From positions 415,557-479,556 of the forward strand of contig MFAS01000001.1 of the NCBI GenBank assembly GCA_001774685.1: a stretch of DNA of 64,000 nucleotides. Reading direction: 5' to 3'. Position 1 is the stretch's first letter. Every line of letters begins with the position of its first letter. Shown here one piece after another: positions 18,822 to 26,167 of the stretch. Position numbers and translations under genes: made by a program. A model generated the notes under the pieces. That model was not told where the DNA came from, ran no database searches, and worked only from the letters and a program-made list of their open reading frames with translations. The DNA is from Candidatus Collierbacteria bacterium RIFOXYD2_FULL_45_13. Lineage in GTDB: Bacteria; Patescibacteriota; Microgenomatia; UBA1400; MFAQ01.

Positions 18822-18954
18822 GGAAATATCCATAAATAGACATCGCTGAGACCAACACGCCGAGGATGCATGTCAGCCATAGGAACCTCCGGCTTTTCTT
18901 GCTTTTTGCCACAATCAAGTTAAACAGCAAGACCAATAAAATAATTGTCTTCAT
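18811..18954 (-). CDS. Small membrane protein ORF (47 aa), not in ORF track
   Basis: MKTIILLVLLFNLIVAKSKKSRRFLWLTCILGVLVSAMSIYGYFLTR. Convergent with the 18369 gene. No clear SD. Confidence 0.25.
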   Translation of the reverse strand: MKTIILLVLLFNLIVAKSKKSRRFLWLTCILGVLVSAMSIYGYFLTR

Positions 18955-18997
18955 GTATTTACATTATAGCTCTAGACAGGTCGCGGTCTCAAACCAT

Positions 18998-19023
18998 AAA
19001 AAAAGACGCCTTTGTCGGCGTCT
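18998..19023 (-). terminator. Intrinsic terminator downstream of the tRNA pair
   Basis: Minus reading: AGACGCC-GACAAA-GGCGTCT followed by TTTTTTT. Confidence 0.7.
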
Positions 19024-19034
19024 TGACTGACGAG

Positions 19035-19107
19035 CAGGCCTGGTAGGATTCGAACCTACAACCTTTCGCTTTGGAGGCGACTACTCTACCAATTGAGCTA
19101 CAGACCT
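19035..19107 (-). tRNA. tRNA-Trp (anticodon CCA)
   Basis: Hand-folded cloverleaf. Acceptor AGGTCTG/CAGGCCT (one G-U), D-arm GCTC-AATTGGTA-GAGT, anticodon loop CTCCAAA, T-arm GTAGG-TTCGAAT-CCTAC. CCA not encoded. Confidence 0.75.
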
Positions 19108-19136
19108 CTGTTAATGTGATCCCGGATGGGATCGAG

Positions 19137-19209
19137 CGCCCCGAGCGGGAGTCGAACCCACAACCAACGGCTTAGAAGGCCGGTGCTCTATCCATTGAGC
19201 TATCGGGGC
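19137..19209 (-). tRNA. tRNA-Arg (anticodon TCT)
   Basis: Acceptor GCCCCGA/TCGGGGC, D-arm GCTC-AATGGATA-GAGC, anticodon loop CTTCTAA, T-arm GTGGG-TTCGACT-CCCGC. CCA not encoded. Confidence 0.8.
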
Positions 19210-19298
19210 TGGGCCTTCCACAATCCTGTTTTGTTGAGGAATTATCCTATATACAGCTCACCCTGTCAACTATTCTTAATTAGTGCTATCATCTAGCC

Positions 19299-20237
19299 AT
19301 GGGAGCAGAAGCAGATGGCGGAGATCGGTCGGGACAAGAACCTGCTGAGAGAGACCGAAACAAGCCACCACTACCGAGGTACACACTTGATTTGTTTAAA
19401 GAAAAAATTGCAGTCATTGACGTGGGTGAAGATGCCCAGAACAAAATTAACCTATGGTGGAGACAGGCGGCTGATGTGCAGGATTGGATAGAACGGTTCC
19501 AAAAAGCCACCAAACTTCTTACACCTGCCACACCGGAGAAACAGGATGCCAACGCCGCTCTCAGTGGATGTCCAGATCTCTTCGATGAAATCAACGACAA
19601 ACTAAGAGTGCTAATCAGCAGAAATACGGGGTTTTCAGCCAGGACATTGTTAATATACCCTATTCTTAGCCAGTTCGGACGACAGTCACCAGAAATAACG
19701 CAAGCCGAAGACCTCGTCGCCACCATAAATTCTTTTGACAAAAAATACTGGACCAGAGACAATGATCAGGTAATTGCTGTTTGCGAGGCAATCAACGAAA
19801 GGGGTGTCGCAGATCTCGAGATGATTCGCTTGCTGGTTGCTCAGTGGTCATTCCAAGAATTTGTGGAAAGTATTCCCAGACAAAAGCTCCACCACCTTTT
19901 TGAAGGTATGGAAGATCAATCGCTTGTGGACGATCTGGAACTCGAAAAAATGGAGATTCAGACAGCTTTAGCCGGCCATCCGTGGTCCGGTGAGAAAAAA
20001 GAAAAATTCCGCAGACTTCATCGTCGGCTTCGTAAAGCCATGGACGATCTCGATGCAGAAGAGCAGGTAAAGCGGGATTTTGATGAGGCCTTTAAATATG
20101 CAGTCGGAGACCTAGGTAAAACTGTTTCAGCCATTGATATTCTGCGTAATGCCGAAGCCGCCTGGGACGGTTTCAAAAGAGACTCCACTCTAAAAGCTTT
20201 CTGGGAGTACGAACAAGAAAAGCTTGGATCGTCATAA
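19299..20237 (+). CDS. Hypothetical acidic cytoplasmic protein
   Basis: 312 aa. No motif. Start uncertain. Confidence 0.45.
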   Translation: MGAEADGGDRSGQEPAERDRNKPPLPRYTLDLFKEKIAVIDVGEDAQNKINLWWRQAADVQDWIERFQKATKLLTPATPEKQDANAALSGCPDLFDEINDKLRVLISRNTGFSARTLLIYPILSQFGRQSPEITQAEDLVATINSFDKKYWTRDNDQVIAVCEAINERGVADLEMIRLLVAQWSFQEFVESIPRQKLHHLFEGMEDQSLVDDLELEKMEIQTALAGHPWSGEKKEKFRRLHRRLRKAMDDLDAEEQVKRDFDEAFKYAVGDLGKTVSAIDILRNAEAAWDGFKRDSTLKAFWEYEQEKLGSS

Positions 20238-20395
20238 ACAAGTATTTGAAGTAATATTATTACACCGTGTCAGAAACAAAACTCTTCAGGCTTTTTCGAC
20301 GTTAGCCGATAGTAGGGTAGTCGGTCGTGCTATCACATTTCAGGTGTCCTATGAAACATTTCCCCTTATTAACCACATAGGTGTTCTAACTTAAG

Positions 20396-20788
20396 TTAGT
20401 CCTGTTGTTCGCCGGAAAAGATTCTGACCAAAGCGACGATACCCCAGGCCACGATCATATAAACAATCAAGGCTACCATCGTCGACGGTTCCAAGACCGA
20501 CGCGGTTTCCAAACCTTCAGTTACCGCGCTACGGAATATCCCTTGAAACGGTAAGGTAAAAACTCCGGTGATGGCATAGATGAAGTTCACAAACCCACTT
20601 ATAGTACTCGCCCCCATGAGTTTAAGAATTAGCCGAAATACGAGAAGAATTTCAATGATTCCAAAGATAAAATACACAAAGTATTCGATAGTCTGAGAAT
20701 CGGTCGCTTGTCTGGTAACGGGAGCAATCACAATTGGTTTTTGGCTTTCACCTTGGGTGACCACAGTTTCCTTAATAATTTCCGCCAT
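20396..20788 (-). CDS. YggT-like small membrane protein
   Basis: Two TM segments around 'ILLVFRLILKLMG' and 'PSTMVALIVYMIVAWGIV' resemble the YggT/Ycf19 family. Confidence 0.45.
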   Translation of the reverse strand: MAEIIKETVVTQGESQKPIVIAPVTRQATDSQTIEYFVYFIFGIIEILLVFRLILKLMGASTISGFVNFIYAITGVFTLPFQGIFRSAVTEGLETASVLEPSTMVALIVYMIVAWGIVALVRIFSGEQQD

Positions 20789-20860
20789 ATTATTTTAGAT
20801 TTAATAACGGTAACACAATAAGTATAACAAATAGTAATGTTTATTACACAATACCAACAA

Positions 20861-20990
20861 AAAGACGAATTGCCTGCAGGCCGTTCGCTCACCATGTCGA
20901 CATATCTGCCTCGCGGCTAGCCGCGGCCAAAGTGGCTTCAAGGACTGTCCTTGAAGATACCGGAACTCTGCGGTTCCAACAATAGTGGCA
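20861..20990. repeat. GC-rich palindromic (REP-like) cluster in divergent intergenic region
   Basis: Three consecutive perfect hairpins or palindromes: CGCGGC-TA-GCCGCG, CTTCAAGGA-CTG-TCCTTGAAG and GGAAC-TCTGC-GGTTCC. Also GCCTGCAGGC. Local GC is much higher than the flanks. Confidence 0.6.
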
Positions 20991-21027
20991 CTGTACAAAT
21001 ACATCAAGAGGTTGTATTGTAATAATT

Positions 21028-21222
21028 ATGACAACCAAATCAAGTACATCAACCAATTCAAATAAGAAGTCCCAAAGAGTAACTTTATTTCTCAAACCGG
21101 AAATCTTAAAACAGGCAAGGGCTCAGGCTGTTATTGAAGAAATTACCCTTACCCAATTGGTTACAAACGCTCTAATCGCACATTTACCATTGGTAACCAT
21201 TATTAAAAAAGTCGTTCTTTAG
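21028..21222 (+). CDS. Ribbon-helix-helix (CopG-like) DNA-binding protein
   Basis: 'RVTLFLKPEILKQARAQAVIEEITLTQLVTNALIAHL' has the beta-strand plus two-helix RHH pattern. Confidence 0.5.
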   Translation: MTTKSSTSTNSNKKSQRVTLFLKPEILKQARAQAVIEEITLTQLVTNALIAHLPLVTIIKKVVL

Positions 21223-21326
21223 GATCGACACGAGTCTCCCGGGAGATCTCAGTTCACAATTCCTACCCGGATATCATGTCTAATAATATCGGCGTTGACG
21301 TTACTAATTAATAAAAAACAATAAAT

Positions 21327-21584
21327 ATGGGAATAATACTTTGGGTAGTATTTGGAGCTTTAGCGGGTTGGATTGCCTCGATGTTGATGCATACAGACTC
21401 CAGTCAAGGCACGTTAGGGGACATTATCATGGGCATTATTGGTTCGGTCGTAGGGGGTTTTCTTATGAATCTAATTGGCAAATCTGGAGTAAGTGGGTTT
21501 AATCTTTACAGTCTATTTGTCGCTGTAATCGGTGCCGTTGTTGTCATTTACATCGGTCGCATGATGAGGAAGGGGTCAATGTGA
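21327..21584 (+). CDS. GlsB/YeaQ/YmgE family transglycosylase-associated membrane protein
   Basis: 'MGIILWVVFGALAGWIASMLM...GIIGSVVGGFLMNLIG' is the typical family signature. Confidence 0.8.
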   Translation: MGIILWVVFGALAGWIASMLMHTDSSQGTLGDIIMGIIGSVVGGFLMNLIGKSGVSGFNLYSLFVAVIGAVVVIYIGRMMRKGSM

Positions 21585-21724
21585 ACTTTAGTACTACAAG
21601 TCTTAGCCCACTAGCCTCGTTAGTTTTTGGACTTCTCATTTTGGCGTTCCCCAAATTTCTAAACTACCTTATCGCTTTTTATCTAATCCTTATCGGCGCT
21701 TTAGGGCTGGGACTATTAAAATGA
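21581..21724 (+). CDS. DUF3096-like small membrane protein (47 aa), GTG start coupled to upstream stop
   Basis: VNFSTTSLSPLASLVFGLLILAFPKFLNYLIAFYLILIGALGLGLLK. GTG overlaps the upstream TGA (ATGTGA). Stop overlaps the next ATG (AAATGA). Absent from the ORF track because it is under 60 aa. Confidence 0.5.
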   Translation: MNFSTTSLSPLASLVFGLLILAFPKFLNYLIAFYLILIGALGLGLLK

Positions 21725-22065
21725 TCAACTTAATTTTCTTACTTTTGACAGGCTCTATTCTGGCTTACGTTTCTAAGTACAATCTAGACCTAGTCACGGT
21801 CAATCTAGGGAAATATACCATTACAGACGTTCCCCTTTTCTATGTCATTATTGGATCTCTACTGCTAGGCCTTGTTATATCTTTTTTGATGCAACTTTTC
21901 AGAAATATTTCCAATTCGTTTGCTTTGCGTAGTAACAAAAAAGCAATAAAATCTGGTCAAGACGAGGTTTTAGAGCTTACCAAGAGAGTCCATCAGCTGG
22001 AGCTTGAGAACGAGAAAATTAAAAATGGAACCACAATGGAGGTCATCGATACTAATGCTTTGTGA
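21721..22065 (+). CDS. LapA-domain (DUF1049) inner-membrane protein
   Basis: N-terminal TM pair followed by the coiled-coil 'LELENEKIK'. Confidence 0.55.
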   Translation: MINLIFLLLTGSILAYVSKYNLDLVTVNLGKYTITDVPLFYVIIGSLLLGLVISFLMQLFRNISNSFALRSNKKAIKSGQDEVLELTKRVHQLELENEKIKNGTTMEVIDTNAL

Positions 22066-22532
22066 AATCTCTACTTACGAAACTGTGGAAGATTCTGCAC
22101 CTGCCCAAAAGTCTCCAGCTCTTTATAATGCGTTTTTTTCAAGACCAATTTCTTGTAGGGGTAACAGGAATTATTTTTAACGCCAAGAACGAAGTTCTGC
22201 TTTTTAAACATATCTACCGAGCACATTCGTGGAGCTTGCCGGGAGGATATCTAAAAGCAGGAGAACATCCTATCGAAGGACTTGAGAGAGAAATTAAAGA
22301 AGAATCCGGGTTAGTGGTAAGCTTGGATGATTCGCTTAAAACACGTACTGACCGAGGCTCTGCTCGGCTTGATATTTGCTACACGGGAGTGATCATTGGA
22401 GGGGATTTTGTACCAACACACGAAGTGTCCGAATGTGGATTCTTCACCATTGATAACTTTCCTCTCCTCCGAAAAAATCAGATCTTTTTGATTGACCAAG
22501 CTTTAAAACAGAGACTCCTCAACGGTATTTGA
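22062..22532 (+). CDS. Nudix hydrolase
   Basis: Canonical Nudix box 'LPGGYLKAGEHPIEGLEREIKEESGL'. Confidence 0.85.
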   Translation: MKSLLTKLWKILHLPKSLQLFIMRFFQDQFLVGVTGIIFNAKNEVLLFKHIYRAHSWSLPGGYLKAGEHPIEGLEREIKEESGLVVSLDDSLKTRTDRGSARLDICYTGVIIGGDFVPTHEVSECGFFTIDNFPLLRKNQIFLIDQALKQRLLNGI

Positions 22533-22687
22533 ACCAGGAGCTATAGTGGCGATAGCGTTATTCGCGATAATTGCATAAGGTATCGTGAGATTATTGCAGG
22601 CGATCTCGGAAGAAGATAGTTAAACCACTAAGGTTCATTACGAAACTACTTCCGACTTGCGATCCTTGTGTATTGGCAATATAAAAA

Positions 22688-22713
22688 CCCTCCGTCAGGA
22701 GGGTTTTGTTTTC
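22688..22713. terminator. Bidirectional intrinsic terminator
   Basis: CCCTCC-GTCAG-GGAGGG followed by TTTTGTTTT. A T-run also follows on the minus reading. Confidence 0.75.
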
Positions 22714-22981
22714 AAAAGGGGAGGATTATTCCGCTCAGCATAAGAGTGGGCATTACGCCAAAAAGCCAAAATATGCCAATCAGTGCCCCCACCATGAACA
22801 TCATGTGTGGTTCGGTGCTATTCCTGATGTTGCTCTCAGGCATAAACCCAGCGTACAACGGACCACCTAGTCCAAAGTAGGCGGCTGGGGCCAGCGCCAA
22901 AACCCACGGATTTGGGAACATTGCGGAAGTGGCGATTACGGCCAATCCAATTAGCAAAAACACAACCTGATATCTCTTCAT
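22712..22981 (-). CDS. Small membrane protein, hypothetical
   Basis: Start at MKRYQVVFLLIGLAV with SD GGAGGA 7 nt upstream. The longer ORF-track start at 23125 has no SD. Confidence 0.5.
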   Translation of the reverse strand: MKRYQVVFLLIGLAVIATSAMFPNPWVLALAPAAYFGLGGPLYAGFMPESNIRNSTEPHMMFMVGALIGIFWLFGVMPTLMLSGIILPF

Positions 22982-23136
22982 GGTTTCCTCCAAAATTTGA
23001 ATTTGCAACGCTACCGCTATTATAGGACATTTCAAATAGAATGTCAACCTTTTTGGCTTGGACTTGAAATCAAGGTTTGTGAGGTGAGGTGTTATAACGA
23101 AATTCGAACTTATTTTCGGGACCATTACTAATTAAT

Positions 23137-23240
23137 GGCTCACCGCACGGCAAAATTGCCTCGCGGTTCGCCAACCCCGCCAGCCGGCAGGGTTCACCGG
23201 TCGCGCGACACCGCACCTCCAACTGGGTTGTCGGTGAGCC
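23137..23240. repeat. GC-rich structured element (9-bp terminal stem GGCTCACCG/CGGTGAGCC enclosing ~85 nt)
   Basis: Internal hairpins GGCAA-AA-TTGCC and the 12-nt palindrome GGTCGCGCGACC. The central 8-bp stem is perfect only on the minus reading (U-G versus C-A). About 68% GC. Confidence 0.45.
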
Positions 23241-23267
23241 ATACAAACTCGGTATCCCGTCCTCGTC

Positions 23268-23313
23268 GTCATTGCGAGTTTCGATACTTCGAACCGAAGC
23301 AATCTCACTCCAC
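23268..23313. repeat. Dispersed repeat copy B
   Basis: GTCATTGCGAG at 23268-23278, internal TTCGA-TAC-TTCGAA, right motif GCAATCTCACTCCAC at 23299-23313. Confidence 0.8.
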
Positions 23314-23436
23314 TGACACTCGTTTGGGATGATTGCTCTCCGAGCAAGCGACAGCTATCGCTGTCGCATCTCTATGTTCGCCAAAGATCACATAGTGACG
23401 TGGCGAAGCTATCTCAATATATGACTCGTCAAAATC

Positions 23437-23470
23437 GTCATTGCGAGGAGTGCAATGACGAAGCAATCTA
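23437..23470. repeat. Dispersed repeat copy C (degenerate right end)
   Basis: GTCATTGCGAGGAGTGCAATGACGAAGCAATCTA, then the palindrome CAATCTATATAGATTG. A right-end-like fragment GACGTGGCGAAGCTATCTC sits at 23397-23415. Confidence 0.6.
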
Positions 23471-23494
23471 TATAGATTGCGTTTCCTCGCCATA

Positions 23495-23532
23495 AAATAC
23501 CCACTGATTAGGAGAAAATTTTATCAGTGGGT
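23495..23532. repeat. Perfect 12-bp inverted repeat ATACCCACTGAT / ATCAGTGGGTAT with 14-nt spacer
   Basis: Read directly from sequence. Followed by the further palindromes CTGGC-G-GCCAG and GCCTGC-TTC-GCAGGC at 23551-23585. Confidence 0.7.
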
Positions 23533-23637
23533 ATTAAAAGCATTGAGACATCATTGGCCTGGCGGCCAGTGCCTGCTTCGCAGGCATGCAAGCTCATTTG
23601 TATATAAAATACCATTATTTGGTATAAAATAACCTTA

Positions 23638-23826
23638 ATGGACGAGAAAAAAGCAAAATTTTACCAGTCCTACGCGAACCTCCCTTTAGAACTTAGATCT
23701 GAAATTTGTCTAGTTATAGATGGTGAACCAATCACTTGGAATGTGGCAAAACTGGAAATAGATACTGACACAGCAAAAGGAAACGAGATACTTCAAAAAT
23801 TATTTGACTTACTAATTCTAAAATGA
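23638..23826 (+). CDS. Hypothetical protein (AT-rich islet gene 1)
   Basis: 62 aa. No motif. Confidence 0.35.
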   Translation: MDEKKAKFYQSYANLPLELRSEICLVIDGEPITWNVAKLEIDTDTAKGNEILQKLFDLLILK

Positions 23827-24056
23827 CACAAAAAATAACCGACCAGGAAATAAGGAATCTAGTCATCGAAAGACTTAAGTCAATTTCAGATGAATCCAGT
23901 TTGATGATTGGAGGAGACAAAAAACTCTCAAAATCAGACATGATAAAAAGTGTGAAAGACGGAGATGAGATCGGTCAAAAGATAATCGATATGCAAATGA
24001 CTTATTTGAGAGATTTGGCTAGTGGAAAACTGATGGAAAATATTATGTCACTTTAA
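23823..24056 (+). CDS. Hypothetical protein (islet gene 2)
   Basis: 77 aa. ATGA start/stop overlap with gene 1. Confidence 0.4.
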   Translation: MTQKITDQEIRNLVIERLKSISDESSLMIGGDKKLSKSDMIKSVKDGDEIGQKIIDMQMTYLRDLASGKLMENIMSL

Positions 24057-24060
24057 AAAA

Positions 24061-24702
24061 ATGGCCGGAATACTAATAACACGGCCAAATCATGATCAGA
24101 TAACAACTTATTTATCTCAGTGGTCAGAATATGTCATCACATTGGCCAAGTCAAGAGGTAAATCTGTATTTGATTTATTCAGTACTAAGGCTGAGAGAAA
24201 ATATTTTGAACAATATTTAGAATCTAAGAAACCCAATTTTCTATTTCTAAATGGACATGGATCCTCTGACGTGATTTGTGGGTTTAACGACGACGTTTTG
24301 TTGGATGAAGCTGCAAATTCATCAGTGGTGAAAGGACTACTAATTTTTGCCAGAAGTTGCAACGCTGGTGAACATTTAGGACAAATATTGGTGGATAAGG
24401 GAGTAAAAACCTTTATCGGTTATTCCAAGTCGTTTTCTATTGCTATAAATAATCATTATGTCTTTAGACCTAAGGATGATCCGTTAGCAAAGCTATTCAT
24501 CGAACCCTCTAATTTAATCGCAACAACAATTATTAAGGGGAATACCGTACAAGAGGCACATCACAGGTCACTATTGGAAATGAGAAAGACCCTTTCTGAA
24601 ATGATTTCATCTGACATTCCAAACAAAAAAGATTACGCCTTTGCTCTTTACAACAATATGATCGGACAGGTCGTGATAGGTGACGATCAGGCAAAAATAT
24701 GA
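24061..24702 (+). CDS. Caspase-fold (C14/C11/CHAT-like) putative cysteine peptidase (islet gene 3)
   Basis: 'FLFLNGHGSSD' carries the His-Gly dyad after a beta-strand. 'GLLIFARSCNAG' carries the catalytic-Cys strand. Spacing matches the caspase-hemoglobinase fold. Inference only. Confidence 0.4.
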   Translation: MAGILITRPNHDQITTYLSQWSEYVITLAKSRGKSVFDLFSTKAERKYFEQYLESKKPNFLFLNGHGSSDVICGFNDDVLLDEAANSSVVKGLLIFARSCNAGEHLGQILVDKGVKTFIGYSKSFSIAINNHYVFRPKDDPLAKLFIEPSNLIATTIIKGNTVQEAHHRSLLEMRKTLSEMISSDIPNKKDYAFALYNNMIGQVVIGDDQAKI

Positions 24703-24721
24703 ACAACTAACCTAATCAACT

Positions 24722-25138
24722 ATGGCAAAAAAATCAGACAACAGTATCTGGGAGGACGGAGTACAAGTATTCACCAAAGCCGGACATCTTGGCAAAAAAT
24801 TTCGCTATTATGTTCTTTTTACGACAATCAGCGACAAAAAATTAACTGAACATGACAAAGAAATCATTGAGCACACCATCAAAGAAGTAGACAATAAATA
24901 TAAAAGTAAGGCTGAATCTGTTTCCTTTGGAGACGAAACCTACGTCCATATTCATTGGTTAATTCCGGACAACGTTCCACCTCAATCTGTTTACGATCTG
25001 TTCTTGGATGTCATATCTTCAAAATTCAATATCGTGAATTATCATGTCAATTCCTCGAACGTTGACGATTTCACTTCGAAAGATATTGTTGAATACAAAG
25101 AATTCCTGAGAAAAATTAAGAATAAAATGGACGATTAA
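24722..25138 (+). CDS. Hypothetical protein (islet gene 4)
   Basis: 138 aa. No motif. Confidence 0.4.
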   Translation: MAKKSDNSIWEDGVQVFTKAGHLGKKFRYYVLFTTISDKKLTEHDKEIIEHTIKEVDNKYKSKAESVSFGDETYVHIHWLIPDNVPPQSVYDLFLDVISSKFNIVNYHVNSSNVDDFTSKDIVEYKEFLRKIKNKMDD

Positions 25139-25239
25139 AACTGTTTATCACCAAGTTCGTTGAGAAAAGTAAGCCGAATTTCCACCTTTTGAGATCCCAG
25201 AAATCTGGGCGAAACTTCTTTGAGGTAGCGTACTCGCGG

Positions 25240-25335
25240 CGGCGGGAATCGAACCCCTCGGTCAAGTCTGCTGACTTGCCTCGGGGCGCGGCTCGCAGAG
25301 ATCGTTACGAGCTCTGCTCCGCCAGGCTCTCTTCC
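25240..25335 (-). other. tRNA-like fragment / pseudo-tRNA sharing a 17-nt T-arm segment with tRNA-Glu
   Basis: CGGCGGGAATCGAACCC is identical to a segment of tRNA-Glu. The minus reading contains GGTTCGATTCCCGCC and a variable-arm-like hairpin CAAGTC-AGCA-GACTTG. I could fold no consistent acceptor or D-arm. Confidence 0.3.
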
Positions 25336-25350
25336 CGCAAGATGACAATC

Positions 25351-25380
25351 AAAAAAGACTGGATAAACCAGTCCTTTTTT
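25351..25380. terminator. Bidirectional terminator hairpin
   Basis: AAAAAA-GACTGG-ATAAA-CCAGTC-CTTTTTT. Confidence 0.65.
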
Positions 25381-25385
25381 GCTTG

Positions 25386-25459
25386 TGACCCCGGCGGGAA
25401 TCGAACCCGCGATCTTTTGGATGAGAACCAAATGTCCTGGACCGCTAGACGACGGGGCC
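25386..25459 (-). tRNA. tRNA-Glu (anticodon CTC)
   Basis: GGCCCCG-TC-GTCT-AGCGGTCC-AGGACA-TTTGG-TTCTCAT-CCAAA-AGATC-GCGGG-TTCGATT-CCCGC-CGGGGTC-A. Closely parallels the canonical tRNA-Glu fold. CCA not encoded. Confidence 0.8.
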
Positions 25460-25693
25460 ATCGAGCTTATTTTATCATTTTTGGGCTCAGACACGCCTAC
25501 GACATTTTGTGCCTAAATCCGCTTCCAATACTTGACAAAATGGGTGATCCAAACTAAAATACATCTACTATATAGCGTTGTCGTGTCGGTTCCCAGCCAG
25601 AATCCACAAAGCTGGTATTTTTTTACCCACTTTGAGGCTTGACTTCCTATCCACAACCTTTATATTGATACAAATATTGTAATTACAAAAAAC

Positions 25694-26167
25694 ATGGCCC
25701 AAAACACACAACGAGTTCAGATGACCCCTCTAGGCTACAGAGCCTTGGTAGATGAACTCAAACAACTAGAATCAACCGGTCTTCCAGAGGCCATTGAGCG
25801 CGTGGCCAAAGCCCGCGAGTTTGGCGACCTCTCCGAGAACGCCGAATACCACTCCTCAAGAGAAGATCTGGCCGCCCTTGAGGGCCGCATCGAAGAGCTT
25901 AGAGACATCATTACCAGAGTCAACGTCGTCGATATCAAGCGATCCGGAGAAGAAGAGGTTGGTATCGGTAGTGTGGTCATGGTCACTATCAACAACAGTC
26001 AGCATGAGTTCTCCATTGTTGGAGAGTGGGAAGCCGATCCTGCCGCCAAAAAGATCTCTCACGAATCCCCTTTAGGCAAAGCACTTCTTGGTAAAAAAGT
26101 CGGTGATCACGTCGAAGTCGAAGCCCCTGCAGGCAAAGTCACCTACATCGTCAAGTCGGTTAAGTAA
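25694..26167 (+). CDS. greA: Transcription elongation factor GreA
   Basis: 'GDLSENAEYHSSREDLAALEGRIEEL' coiled-coil tip plus FKBP-like C-domain. 157 aa. Confidence 0.95.
   Translation: MAQNTQRVQMTPLGYRALVDELKQLESTGLPEAIERVAKAREFGDLSENAEYHSSREDLAALEGRIEELRDIITRVNVVDIKRSGEEEVGIGSVVMVTINNSQHEFSIVGEWEADPAAKKISHESPLGKALLGKKVGDHVEVEAPAGKVTYIVKSVK

Noticed and set aside
19289-19762. 157-aa minus-strand ORF antisense to the 19299-20237 gene
   Set aside because: It lies entirely antisense within a longer ORF that has typical composition. It is Ser/Leu/Ala-rich, with shadow-ORF composition and no start context.
23137-23240. Calling the 100-nt closed stem-loop element a 4.5S SRP RNA
   Set aside because: There is no GGAA tetraloop or AGCAGC internal-loop motif. 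It is more likely part of the palindrome/REP hotspot.
25135-25557. ORFs of 119 and 122 aa overlapping the tRNA-Glu / tRNA-like region
   Set aside because: They span tRNA genes and terminator hairpins on both strands. They are artefacts of the stop-poor GC-rich tRNA sequence.
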